A DNA stretch of 64,000 bases from an uncultured Acidobacteriota bacterium (lineage in GTDB: Bacteria > Acidobacteriota > Vicinamibacteria > Vicinamibacterales > CAVVIG01). A program made the translations under genes and the position numbers. The notes under the pieces are model-generated. The model did no database searches. It saw nothing but the letters and a program-made list of their open reading frames with translations, and was not told where the DNA came from. Numbering within the stretch: the first letter of the stretch is position 1; each line of letters starts with the position of its first letter. The stretch spans positions 72,374 to 136,373 of the forward strand of contig CAVVIG010000009.1 in assembly GCA_963748265.1 (NCBI GenBank). Direction: 5' to 3'. This document shows positions 53,653 through 62,738 of this stretch, piece after piece.

Positions 53653-54550
53653 ATGGCAAACATCGGCTTCATCGGTCTCGGCATCATGGGCAAGCCCATG
53701 GCCAAGAATCTTCTGAAGGCCGGCCACAAGCTGGTCGTGTACGACATCGTTCCCGCAGGCGCCGACGAAGTGGTCGCGGCAGGTGCGGCCAGAGGCTCCT
53801 CTCCGAAAGACGCGGCGGCCCAGGCGGAAATCGTCATCACGATGGTGCCCGACGGTCCGGAAGTCGAACAGGCGGTGCTCGGACCGGGCGGCGTGCTCGA
53901 AGGCGCGAGGAAGGGCACGATCGTCGTGGACATGAGCTCGATCAGCCCGATGGTGGCGCAGAAGGTGGGCGCGCGCTGCGAAGCGCAGGGCGTCGATTTC
54001 CTCGACGCGCCGGTGAGCGGCGGTGAACCGAAAGCCATCGACGGCACGCTGGCGATCATGGTTGGCGGCAAGCAGGAAGTCTTCGACAAGGTCGAACCCA
54101 TCCTCAAGACCATGGGGTCCACGGTCGATGTTGACCGGCAAGGTGGGCGCTGGCAACGTCACCAAGCTCGCCAATCAGATCATGGTGGCCATGCAACATC
54201 GCGGCGATGGGCGAGGCGCTCGTCGCTGGCGACGAAGGCCGGCCTCGATCCCGAAGTCGTGTTCAACGCCGTCAAGGCGGGCCTGGCCGGCAGCACGGTG
54301 CTCAACGTCAAGGCGCCGATGGTGTACTCGCGCAACTTCAAGCCCGGTTTCCGCATCCGGCTTCATCAGAAGGACCTGCGCAACGCGCTGCTCGCCGCGG
54401 AGTCGCTGAAGGTTTCGCTCCCACTGACCAGCTCCGTGCAGAACATGCTGGTGTCGCTGATGAACAACGGCAAGGGTGACCTCGACCACTCGGCGATCGT
54501 CCAATTCATCGAGGAGGATGGCGGCGGTCGAAGTGAAGAAACCAAGCTAG
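53653..54550 (+). CDS. glxR: 2-Hydroxy-3-oxopropionate (tartronate semialdehyde) reductase, about 2 frame changes
   Basis: 'MANIGFIGLGIMGKPMAKNLLKAGHKLVVYD', 'IVITMVPDGPEVEQAVLGPGGVLEG', 'IVVDMSSISP', 'GVDFLDAPVSGGEPKAIDGTLAIMVGG', 'VGAGNVTKLANQIMVA' (ORF 54023-54409), 'YSRNFKPGFRIRLHQKDLRNAL'. The stop is inferred at TAG 54548-54550. Confidence 0.88.
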
Positions 54551-54741
54551 CGATGGCGACCGGGCTGGACTTGCGGCCCGGTCGAGGCCTTGCGCCCGTC
54601 GGACCTCTGAACGGGACACCCCGAGAGGGGACACTGACTGTCTTGAGGCGAGCACAGCTCGGCGTGGGGATCGCGTCCGCCTGGAGGCTGATTCAGCCCG
54701 GAACGGCCGAAAATCAGCCGTAGACGCTCCCACCTGCTGTA

Positions 54742-55869
54742 GTGGCAAACGGCAAGCCTTTTGCCCTGCCATATCCTGCCAAATGTCCATTTCCAGGTCG
54801 ACCCAGGCGTATCCTGCCGCGGGAGATCGCGCAGGCGGCAGGCGTTCCTGTCGATCAGGTCATCGCCGCGCTCGGCCGCGGGCCGCGTGCGGGCATCTTC
54901 GTGCCGCATGCAGACGCCGTCCGTATCGGCCGCGCGCTCTTGGCAGGTCCCGACACCGGCGCGTCGGCGCAGCCGTTCGGGGCCGCGTCGCCGCGCGATC
55001 CGAAGGCTCTTTTCTCAATCGTCGAGATGGGGCGGACGTCCCATCAATCCAAAGGTGTACCGCTCGCAGTGTCGGGCACGCTCCACGCGGGTCTCATCGC
55101 CGCCGTCGTGTTCATCACGACCTTCGGGCTGGCGCCTGCCGCGACGACGGTGGCGACCGCCAGCCGTGCGGACGATCTGCACATGGTGTTTATCGCTACG
55201 CCGGGGCCGGGAGGCGGAGGCGGGGGAGGGGGACTCCGTCAGCCTGCGCCGCCGCCGAAGGCTTTGCGGGAGGGCCATCGCTCCCTGAGCAGCCCGCTGC
55301 CCGTACGCCGGCCGCCACCACCCGTCGAACCGGCAGTCGCCCCGCCCGAGCCGCCGCCGCAGCCGCTCGAATCCGAGCCGCTGCCCGCGGTCGTGGCACC
55401 GATCATCTCCGCGCCCGCTGACAACCGCGATCGCGTCGGCGTGCTCCAGCAGGCCAAGACCGAGGCAGACAGCCGTGGTCCGGGCCAAGGAGGCGGCGTC
55501 GGGACAGGCAAGGGAACAGGGATCGGGGAGGGCGATGGTTCTGGAGTGGGAGAAGGATCCGGCGGAGGAACCGGCGGGGGGCCTTATCGGCCGGGCTCCG
55601 GCATCGAGCCGCCGCGGCTGCTGCGGGAAGTCAAGGCGGATTACACCGACGAAGCGCGGCGTCAGGGCCTCAAAGGCGAGGTCGTCCTGGAACTTGTGGT
55701 CCGCCGTGACGGAACCGTCGGCGACGTGAAGGTGTTGCGAAGGCTCGGTGCGGGTCTCGACGATCGCGCGGTCCAGGCAGTGCGGCAGTGGCGGTTCGCT
55801 CCGGCTACGCGGCGTGGAACGCCGGTAGATGTCATCGTGGAAGTCGCGGTGGAGTTCAATCTTCGCTGA
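54742..55869 (+). CDS. TonB family energy transducer with an N-terminal ~95-aa extension
   Basis: Intact ORF (GTG start). TM 'GTLHAGLIAAVVFITTF', Pro-rich spacer 'RRPPPPVEPAVAPPEPPPQP', Gly-rich run, C-terminal TonB domain 'IEPPRLLREVKADYTDEARRQGLKGEVVLELVVRRDGTVGDVKVLRRLGAGLDDRAVQAVRQWRFAPATRRGTPVDVIVEVAVEF'. The true start may be internal. Confidence 0.85.
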   Translation: MANGKPFALPYPAKCPFPGRPRRILPREIAQAAGVPVDQVIAALGRGPRAGIFVPHADAVRIGRALLAGPDTGASAQPFGAASPRDPKALFSIVEMGRTSHQSKGVPLAVSGTLHAGLIAAVVFITTFGLAPAATTVATASRADDLHMVFIATPGPGGGGGGGGLRQPAPPPKALREGHRSLSSPLPVRRPPPPVEPAVAPPEPPPQPLESEPLPAVVAPIISAPADNRDRVGVLQQAKTEADSRGPGQGGGVGTGKGTGIGEGDGSGVGEGSGGGTGGGPYRPGSGIEPPRLLREVKADYTDEARRQGLKGEVVLELVVRRDGTVGDVKVLRRLGAGLDDRAVQAVRQWRFAPATRRGTPVDVIVEVAVEFNLR

Positions 55870-55884
55870 TCGTCTAGCTCGGCG

Positions 55885-55955
55885 TTCAGCCGGCAGTCAG
55901 GGTTTCACCGGATGCCGGGGGTGAGGACTGAAAGCTGGCAGCTGATCGCTGATAG
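55885..55955. repeat. Intergenic hairpin element related to the one at 9356-9442
   Basis: ttcagccggcagtcagggtttcaccggatgccgggggtgaggactgaaagctggcagctgatcgctgatagg. It shares ttcagcc..cag on the left and ctgaaagctg.c.gct / gctgat.gct on the right with the 9.4-kb element. Inner stem tcacc/ggtga. Confidence 0.5.
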
Positions 55956-55974
55956 GGCAAAAGGTTACTAAGAG

Positions 55975-56685
55975 ATGGAGATCATCCTGATCGTCGTGAC
56001 GGCGCTGTCCCTGGCCATCGCGGGAGCAATGAGCATCGTCGCCTGGCGTGTCGCTGGTGAAGAGCGGCGCCGATCCGCGGCCCGCGTCGCGGCCCTCGCC
56101 GCGGACATCCGATCGTCCGACGTCGATGTCGATCCGCCGCTGGTGACTGCCGACCCCGACGTCGCCGACACCCCGACCTCGGGCAACATGTTCACCTTCA
56201 TCCAGCCAGTGACGGCTCTTCCGCGGCTGGCCACGGTGATACTTGCCGGCGTGCTGGTGGTTGGCGCCGGCGCGGCTCTTCTCGTTGCGCTGGGCAGGAG
56301 CGGCGATGTGGCTGCCAATTCGGTGGCGAAGCCCGCCGCCGGTGGGGCCGAGCCGCAGGCGGCTGTCTCTCCCACAACGGCACGCGCGCTCGAGCTCGTC
56401 GCACTGGGTCATGAACGCGACCGCGATCGGTTGACCGTGCGGGGCATCGTTCGAAACCCGGTGAGTGGTTCACCGCTGAATCAGCTTACAGTCGTCGTTC
56501 TCGTCTACGATCGCGCTGGCGGGTTTCTGACGACCGGACGCGTTCTTGTGCAGGCGCCCAGTCTGGGGCCCGGTGGCGAGAGTACATTTCTGGTGACCAT
56601 TCCCGGCGCCGCCAATGTCGGACGTTATCGCGTGAGCTTCAGAAGCGAAGATCGGGTGATCCCTCATGTCGACACTAGAAGTTAA
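55975..56685 (+). CDS. Membrane protein with C-terminal FxLYD-like beta-sandwich domain
   Basis: Intact ORF. Two TMs ('IILIVVTALSLAIAGAMSIVAW', 'LATVILAGVLVVGAGAALLVAL'). 'LTVRGIVRNPVSGSPLNQLTVVVLVYDRAGGFLTTGRVLVQAPSLGPGGESTFLVTIPG'. Confidence 0.6.
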   Translation: MEIILIVVTALSLAIAGAMSIVAWRVAGEERRRSAARVAALAADIRSSDVDVDPPLVTADPDVADTPTSGNMFTFIQPVTALPRLATVILAGVLVVGAGAALLVALGRSGDVAANSVAKPAAGGAEPQAAVSPTTARALELVALGHERDRDRLTVRGIVRNPVSGSPLNQLTVVVLVYDRAGGFLTTGRVLVQAPSLGPGGESTFLVTIPGAANVGRYRVSFRSEDRVIPHVDTRS

Positions 56686-57743
56686 GAAACTGAGTGCGGC
56701 GCTCGCCGCCATTCTTCTGGCCGTCGCCACGTTGCGCGGGCAGCAGCCGCCCACCTCGAGCGCCGATCAGGGTGGCGATTCGTTCCGGTTCAAGAGCGGC
56801 GTCGAGCTGATCAACGTCACGGCGACGGTGACCGACGCGAGCGGCCGATTCGTGTCCGGTCTCCGGAAGGAGGACTTCCTCGTCTACGAAGACGATCAGC
56901 TCGCAGACGGTGACGCATTTCAACGCCGAGCGCGTGCCGGTCAGCCTCGGCATCGTCCTCGACACGAGCGGCAGCATGGCAGGCGACAAGATTCGGCGCC
57001 GCGCGGAGCGCGCTCGACCGGTTCCTGTTACGATCTCCTCGACCGCGACGACGAGATATTCCTGTACCGGTTCAGCAACGATCCGATCCTGCTGCAGAGA
57101 CTGGACGACGCGACCGCGCGCTGCTGTCGCGCGCGCTCGGGCGGATCGTGCCGAACGGCGGCACGGCGATGTACGACGCGGTGGCAGAAGCGATTCCGCT
57201 GGCGGAAGCAGGGCAAGAACCGCAAGAAGGCGCTGCTCGTCATCTCGGACGGCAACGACACGTCGAGCCGGGTCTGATGTCCGCGAGGTGAGGCAGCTGA
57301 TCCGCGAAAGCGAAGTGCTGGTATATGCGATCGGCATCGACGGAGACGCGGAGCCGGCGTCCCGGCGCCAGCCTCGCGCCGCCGACGCGCGTTCCCGTTG
57401 CCATCTGCCGTTTCCGGCCCGGACGCGGCCGGCCCGGCTGGCCGACACGGCAGCCGCCGATGAGCGGAGGCGGCGGCAGCTGGCGGGGCGAGCGACGATC
57501 GCGTGAACGTCGTCGCGCTCCGCGACATGACCGACGACAGCGGCGGCCGCACCGAGATCGTCCGCGACGCGCGCGATCTCAATCCGGCAACGGCGAGCAT
57601 CGCCGACGAGTTGAGCCAGCAGTACTACCTGGGATATCCGTCGAGCGGAAAGAAGGACGGCCGCTGGCACACCATCCGCGTCGAAGTGCGCAAGGGCACC
57701 TACCGCGTGCGCGCGCGGCGGGGATACGTCGGCGAGCTAGTAG
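56666..57743 (+). CDS. Secreted VWA domain protein (VWFA-related acidobacterial-type), several frame changes
   Basis: 'FRFKSGVELINVTATVTDASGRFVSGLRKEDFLVYEDDQ' (ORF 56666-57277), 'THFNAERVPVSLGIVLDTSGSM' (ORF 56910-57506; MIDAS), 'KKALLVISDGNDTSS', 'EVLVYAIGID', 'MTDDSGGRTEIVRDARDLNPATASIADELSQQYYLGYPSSGKKDGRWHTIRVEV' (ORF 57503-58075). It overlaps the upstream gene by 20 nt. Confidence 0.8.
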
Positions 57744-57752
57744 AATGTCTGC

Positions 57753-58495
57753 GTGCCTTTGCTCGCGACCGCCCTTGGGCTGAGCCTTCTCGGCAGCTGC
57801 GGCGGTCTACTCGTCGCCTCTTCGCTGCTGCTGTTCCCCGACAACATCCGCACCCGCATTGTGCCGTGGCTCGTCAGCTACGCCGTCGGCGCGCTGCTCG
57901 GCGTGGCGCTGCTGGCGCTGCTGCCCGAGGCGCTCAGACGCTGTCGCCCGCCGACGTGTTCGGCACGCTGCTCGCCGGCATCCTGCTTTCTTCGTGCTCG
58001 AGAAGCTGGTGCTGCTCCGCCACTGCCATACCGACGAGTGCCATGTTCATGGCGCGACCGCTCCGCTGGTGTTGATCGGCGACGCGTTCCACAACTTCAT
58101 CGACGGCGCGATCGTCTGCACCGCCGTGATGACCTCGGTGCCGCTCGGCATCAACACCGCCATAGCGGTGGCCGCGCACGAGATCCCGCAGGAAGTCGGC
58201 GACGTCGCCATCCTGCTCGCTGCCGGCTACAGCCGGCGGCGCGCGCTGATGCTGAATGTCGTCTCGGGCGCCTCGGGATCGTCGGCGCGCTGGTGGCCTA
58301 TACCGGCGTCAGCGTCATTCCGAGCGTCGCGTCCCTTCGTGCTCGCGTTCTCCTCAGCGAGCCTGCTGTACATCGCGATGTCGGATCTGATCCCGGATCT
58401 GCACCGCGGCCAGATCGAGCGCGGTCGCTCGCCAGGTCCTGCTGATCGCGGCCGGCATCGGGACAGTCGTGCTGTTCGGACGGCTGATCGGCTAG
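57753..58495 (+). CDS. ZIP family metal cation transporter, about 3 frame changes
   Basis: 'IRTRIVPWLVSYAVGALLGVALLALLPEAL', 'HCHTDECHVHG', 'LIGDAFHNFIDGAIV', 'AIAVAAHEIPQEVGDVAILLAAGYSRRRALMLN', 'SLLYIAMSDLIPDLH' (ORFs 57753-58445 and 57859-58896). Stop TAG 58493-58495 from my own translation '...AAGIGTVVLFGRLIG'. Confidence 0.82.
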
Positions 58496-58506
58496 CTTCC
58501 GCCAAC

Positions 58507-59648
58507 ATGATCGACAAGAGCAACCTGGCCACGGTCGAGAAAATGTGGCGCCGCGAAATCGAGGCGGCGACGACCTACCGACATCTCGCCGAACGCGGAG
58601 CCCGACCCGAAGCGGAAGGACATCCTCATGCGGCTGGCCGCTCAGGAGGAGAACCACGCCGCGCGCTGGTCCGAGCGGATCGCGGCCGCCACCGGGCATG
58701 CTCCCGATCGCGCGAAAGTCGAGCGCGGGTTGTCCTGGTTCCAGCGAATTTCGGATCCAAGCGTCGTGCTCACCGTCTGGAGCAGGAGGAGAACAAGGCC
58801 GAAGCGGATTACGACCAGCTCATGACGCGCTTGAGCGACCCGGACGACCGAAGATTGCCGAGGAAGCGAAGCTCGATGAGCGCGACCACGCGGTGATCCT
58901 GCGGACGCCTGGCCGGCGGCGTCGCTGCCGACGCCGCGCTCGACGCTCGACACGATCCTCCGCCGCGAGCGCTGGCACGTTCGCGGCACCGGCTGGATCG
59001 GCGATGCGATTTACGGCGTGAACGACGGCCTGGGCGCCGTCTTCGGCATCGTCTCCGGCATGGCCGGATACACCGGCGGCAGCGAAGTCGTGCTGGCGGC
59101 CGGGCTCGCCGGCACGCTCGCCAGCGCGCTTGTCGATGGGCGCCGGCGCTTATCTCGCGTCGAAGTCCGAGCGCGAGGTGTACGAGTCGGAGGTGGCGCG
59201 GGAACGGGCGGAGATCGACGAGGATCCGCACGAGGAACTGCTCGAGCTGGAGCTGTTCTATCAGCTCAAGGGGTTTTCCGCGGACGAAGCCCGGTCGATG
59301 GCGGAGCGGATCCAGAAGGAGCCGAAACAGTTTCTGCGCACGCTGGTTCACGAAGAGCTCGGTCTCTCCGAGGAGAACTTTCCGAACCCCTGGCGATCGA
59401 CGCTCTCGGCGACGGTCTCGACCGCAATCGGCGGATTCATTCCGATCATCCCCTTCTTCTTCACGGTCGGCATGCCGGCCGTCGTCGCTTCATTCGTCAT
59501 CAGCACGCTGGCGCACTTTGTGGTCGGTGCGTCAAAGGCGCTCGTGACGACGCGATCGTGGTGGGCCAGCGGGTCCGAGATGACCATCGTCGGCATCATC
59601 GAAGCGGCGATTACCTATGGCCTCGGCCGGGCATTCGCAGGGCAGTGA
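58507..59648 (+). CDS. Ferritin-like (rubrerythrin-type) domain fused to a VIT1/CCC1 iron/manganese transporter, about 3 frame changes
   Basis: 'MIDKSNLATVEKMWRREIEAATTYRHLAE', 'MRLAAQEENHAARWSERI' (ORF 58628-58825), 'YGVNDGLGAVFGIVSGMAGYTGG' (ORF 59018-59779), 'MSMGAGAYLASKSEREVYESEVARERAEIDEDPHEELLELELFY...STAIGGFIPIIPFFF...TIVGIIEAAITYGLG' (ORF 59130-59648). Confidence 0.82.
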
Positions 59649-59811
59649 GAACGCCATCCAAGGTGTCCGCCCCAGGTGACGCCTCCTTTGACAAAAGTGA
59701 CGCTTCGAAAGTCTTAACTCGTTCATTTACAGATATTTGTGTGCCCTCATGCTGGCATCATCTTTGCCACTCAAGCTGATCAGAAATGCCGGGAAATGGC
59801 GGAGGTGGAGT

Positions 59812-60377
59812 ATGAGCAGAGGGTTGCGGGCGATGGTCGCCTCCTTGGTCTTGCTGGCGCCGGTCGGCGCCGCGCAGGCCAGGACAGCGCAGGCCACTCC
59901 AGCAGGGATTTTCGAATCGCACACGAGGTGATGGCGTCGGTCAACGACTACACACAGTTCACGATATTTGACGACGTGAGCGTGGGCGTTGAGAACGGCA
60001 TCGTCACGCTGAACGGCAGGGTGACCATGCCCTATAAGCGGAATGAAATCGAGAAGCGGGCCGCCGCGGTCGACGGCGTCCGAGAGATTAGCAACAAGAT
60101 CAGCGTGCTGCCGGTCTCCCTGTTGGATGACGAGCTCCGGAACCGGATCGCCAGGTCGATTTACGGCAACTCGAACTTCTGGGACTACGCGATCATGCGG
60201 AACCCGCCGATTCACATCGTCGTCGAGCGGGGCCACGTGACGCTCACGGGCGTGGTTCGCAGCAACGTCGACAGGATGCTGGCTCGATCGCTGGCGAATC
60301 AGTTCAGTGCGTTTTCGGTGACGAGCAAGCTGAAGACCGATGCCGAAGTGAATTACGGGCGTGCAAAATCCGACTGA
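59812..60377 (+). CDS. BON domain-containing periplasmic protein (two BON repeats), 1 frame change near 59900
   Basis: Signal 'MSRGLRAMVASLVLLAPVGAAQA' (ORF 59737-59931; GGAGGTGGAG upstream) then 'IAHEVMASVNDYTQFTIFDDVSVGVENGIVTLNGRVTMPYKRNEIEKRAAAVDGVREISNKISV' and 'IVVERGHVTLTGVVRSNVDRMLARSLANQFSAFSVTSKL' (ORF 59739-60377). Confidence 0.8.
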
Positions 60378-61083
60378 ACTGCTCGTGCCGCTCGAGTCGG
60401 GCGGCGCGGTGACCGCCCTTGTGTACGGTGCGGCCGAAGGGCGAGCCAGCGCGGCGCTCGTGCTCGCCCACGGCGCGGGCGCCGGGCAGCACAGCCCGTT
60501 CATGGTGGGTTTCGCGACGGCGCTCGCCTCGCTCGGCGTGGACGCGATTACATTCAACTTTCCCTATACCGAACAGCGGCGGCGGCTTCCGGATCGCCGT
60601 CCTGTGCTCCATGCGTGTTACCGAAGCGCCGTGCACACCGTCAGGCGTCACGTGGAGAGCGCCGGAAGGTCTCTCTTCATCGGTGGCAAGTCGATGGGTG
60701 GCCGCATGGCGACCGAGGTCGCGGCGGTCGACGAAGATCTGGCTGTCAGCGGGCTCGTCCTGCTCGGGTATCCGCTTCATCCCTCTGGGCGTCCGGCCGA
60801 CTTGCGCGCCGCACACCTGCCCGGAATCAACCGTCCAATGCTCTTCGTGCAGGGTGCCCGCGACAGCTTCGGTACGCCCGCCGAGCTCGGTCCGATATTG
60901 ACGTTGCTCTCCCCCCCGGCGACGCTTCACGTCGTCGCCGGCGGCGATCATTCTTTCAAGGTGGCGCGCGCAAGCGTGGAGGAGCAGACGGTAGTGTTCG
61001 ACGATGTGCAGCGAACGATCGTCGAGTGGATTGAACGAGTCATCGCGCCTGCCGCTTCAGGAACGCACCGGCCTTCGAGGTGA
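60361..61083 (+). CDS. Alpha/beta hydrolase (KANL3/Tex30-like, dienelactone-hydrolase-type)
   Basis: Intact ORF (GTG start overlapping the BON gene by 17 nt): 'ALVLAHGAGAGQHSPFM', 'FNFPYTEQRRR', 'LFIGGKSMGGRMA' (GxSxG), 'LLGYPLHP', 'FVQGARDSFG', 'GGDHSF'. Confidence 0.8.
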   Translation: MQNPTELLVPLESGGAVTALVYGAAEGRASAALVLAHGAGAGQHSPFMVGFATALASLGVDAITFNFPYTEQRRRLPDRRPVLHACYRSAVHTVRRHVESAGRSLFIGGKSMGGRMATEVAAVDEDLAVSGLVLLGYPLHPSGRPADLRAAHLPGINRPMLFVQGARDSFGTPAELGPILTLLSPPATLHVVAGGDHSFKVARASVEEQTVVFDDVQRTIVEWIERVIAPAASGTHRPSR

Positions 61084-61693
61084 ATTCCGGCGTCCACTCG
61101 TGCCCTCCGTCGAGGACGACCGTCGCCACATCCACTCCGGCGTCGCGGAGCCGCACTGCATCTGTTGCAAACAATTCGGCTGAATACCACTCGTCGCGCT
61201 GGCCGCGGCCGAGCAGAGCCGTTCGCGTTCGCGCAAGCGCCGCGCCATCGAGCTCGGGGGGCACGTCGCCGCCGAGCGCGATGATGCCGCTGACCGGCCG
61301 CGGAGACGAACAGGCCGCGCGAAAGGCCATCGCGACACCCTGGGAGAATCCGGCAAAGATCAGGGAGTCGGCGACGTGCCAGTGCTGCGCCACTTCGTCG
61401 ATGACCGCGGCGATGAACGCTTGGTTGTCGGCGATCGCCTGTTCACGATCCTGTCGCGTCATCCAGCCCGCGACGACGTCGCCAGAACGCCGCCGGTAGA
61501 ACCGGTGCAGGCCTTGCACCGAGACGAGGAGCCAGCCCTGCGAACCGTGAATCGCGCGCAGGCGCTCGAGCTGCGTTTCCGCGGCCTCGGCGTATCCGTG
61601 GAAACCCACGAGCAGGGGAGCCGGGTCTGCAGTATCTGCCGGCTCGACGAGATACCGGCCGTGCGTCGAGCAGGGGATGATCCGCTCGATCAC
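61040..61693 (-). CDS. Phospholipase/carboxylesterase-type alpha/beta hydrolase
   Basis: Intact ORF (GTG start): 'LLVGFHGYAE', 'LIFAGFSQGVAMAF' (GxSxG), 'IIALGGDVPPE', 'LDGGHEW'. Its 3' end overlaps the convergent hydrolase gene by 44 nt. Confidence 0.75.
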   Translation of the reverse strand: MIERIIPCSTHGRYLVEPADTADPAPLLVGFHGYAEAAETQLERLRAIHGSQGWLLVSVQGLHRFYRRRSGDVVAGWMTRQDREQAIADNQAFIAAVIDEVAQHWHVADSLIFAGFSQGVAMAFRAACSSPRPVSGIIALGGDVPPELDGAALARTRTALLGRGQRDEWYSAELFATDAVRLRDAGVDVATVVLDGGHEWTPEFTSKAGAFLKRQAR

Positions 61694-61697
61694 CAGA

Positions 61698-62075
61698 TCA
61701 CCGACGGCCCGGTTTCGGTCTCAGCTCATGCTGTTCGATCAGATATTTCTGGACGATCCGTCCGCCGATCAGGTGCTCCTGGATGATCCGTTCGAGCGCC
61801 GGCGGATCACACTCGCCATACCAGGTACCTTCGGGATAGACCAAGGCGATCGGACCGCCTTCGCAGATGCGCAGGCAATTCGCTTTGGTGCGCAGAATAC
61901 CGCCCTGCTCCGAGAGGCCAAGCTCCTTGAGACGCTTCTTGAGGAACTTCCACGCGGCTAGTCCCCGCTCCTTGTCACAGCATTTGGGCTTGGTTTGGTC
62001 GCAGCACAGAAAAATGTGTCGCCCGGCGACGTGCACGCCGATGCTGTCGGCGATCTTCTCTTGGGACTTGGACAT
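61698..62075 (-). CDS. Thioredoxin-like [2Fe-2S] ferredoxin
   Basis: ORF 61698-62105 (TTG 62105; ATG 62075 preferred): '[34 protein letters not shown]...[26 protein letters not shown]'. Confidence 0.7.
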   Translation of the reverse strand: MSKSQEKIADSIGVHVAGRHIFLCCDQTKPKCCDKERGLAAWKFLKKRLKELGLSEQGGILRTKANCLRICEGGPIALVYPEGTWYGECDPPALERIIQEHLIGGRIVQKYLIEQHELRPKPGRR

Positions 62076-62249
62076 GCTCTTCTCTTCGTCGCGGCCGACG
62101 TTCAAGCCGAGGCCATTGGTTGGACCGCAATACCCGCCGGTCCCTCATTATCATCGTCTGCTACGACCTGCCGAACGACCTCGGGCGGGGCGAGCGTGTT
62201 GGAGACGCGCGATACACCGTGTTGAGGACGAGCGCGATACAATAGCTTC

Positions 62250-62735
62250 ATGGCTGACATTCAACTCGACGATCGCGGGATCGTCGTGGCCTGTCCGTCC
62301 TGTGGAAAGAAAAATCGCATTCCGTACGAGCGCCTCGGGGATCCCGTGCGATGCGGAAGCTGCCAGCAGGCGCTGGCGCCGCCGGCCGCACCAATTGAAG
62401 TCGGCGCGGCGGCCGATTTCGATCGGCTCGTGTCGCGAGCATCGATTCCCGTCGTCGTCGATTTCTGGGCGCCCTGGTGCGGACCCTGCCGGATGGTGGC
62501 GCCAGAGCTCGTCAAAGTCGCGGCTCGTGCGGCGGGACGTTTCCTCGTCGTCAAGGTGAACACGGACGCCGTGCCCGAGCTCGGTCAGCGTTTTGGTATC
62601 CGCTCGATTCCAACCATGGCTGTCTTCGCCGGTGGGCGCGAGGCCGCTCGGACCACCGGAGCACGTCCCGCGGCCGACATCGAAGCCTTCGTCGCCCAGG
62701 CGGCTGATGCGCTTCACGTACGACCGAAGGGTTGA
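62250..62735 (+). CDS. trxC: Thioredoxin 2 type (N-terminal zinc-finger + thioredoxin fold)
   Basis: Intact ORF: 'ACPSCGKKNRIPYERLGDPVRCGSCQ' (two CxxC) and 'VVDFWAPWCGPCRMVAPEL...IRSIPTMAVF'. Confidence 0.9.
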   Translation: MADIQLDDRGIVVACPSCGKKNRIPYERLGDPVRCGSCQQALAPPAAPIEVGAAADFDRLVSRASIPVVVDFWAPWCGPCRMVAPELVKVAARAAGRFLVVKVNTDAVPELGQRFGIRSIPTMAVFAGGREAARTTGARPAADIEAFVAQAADALHVRPKG

Positions 62736-62738
62736 GGG

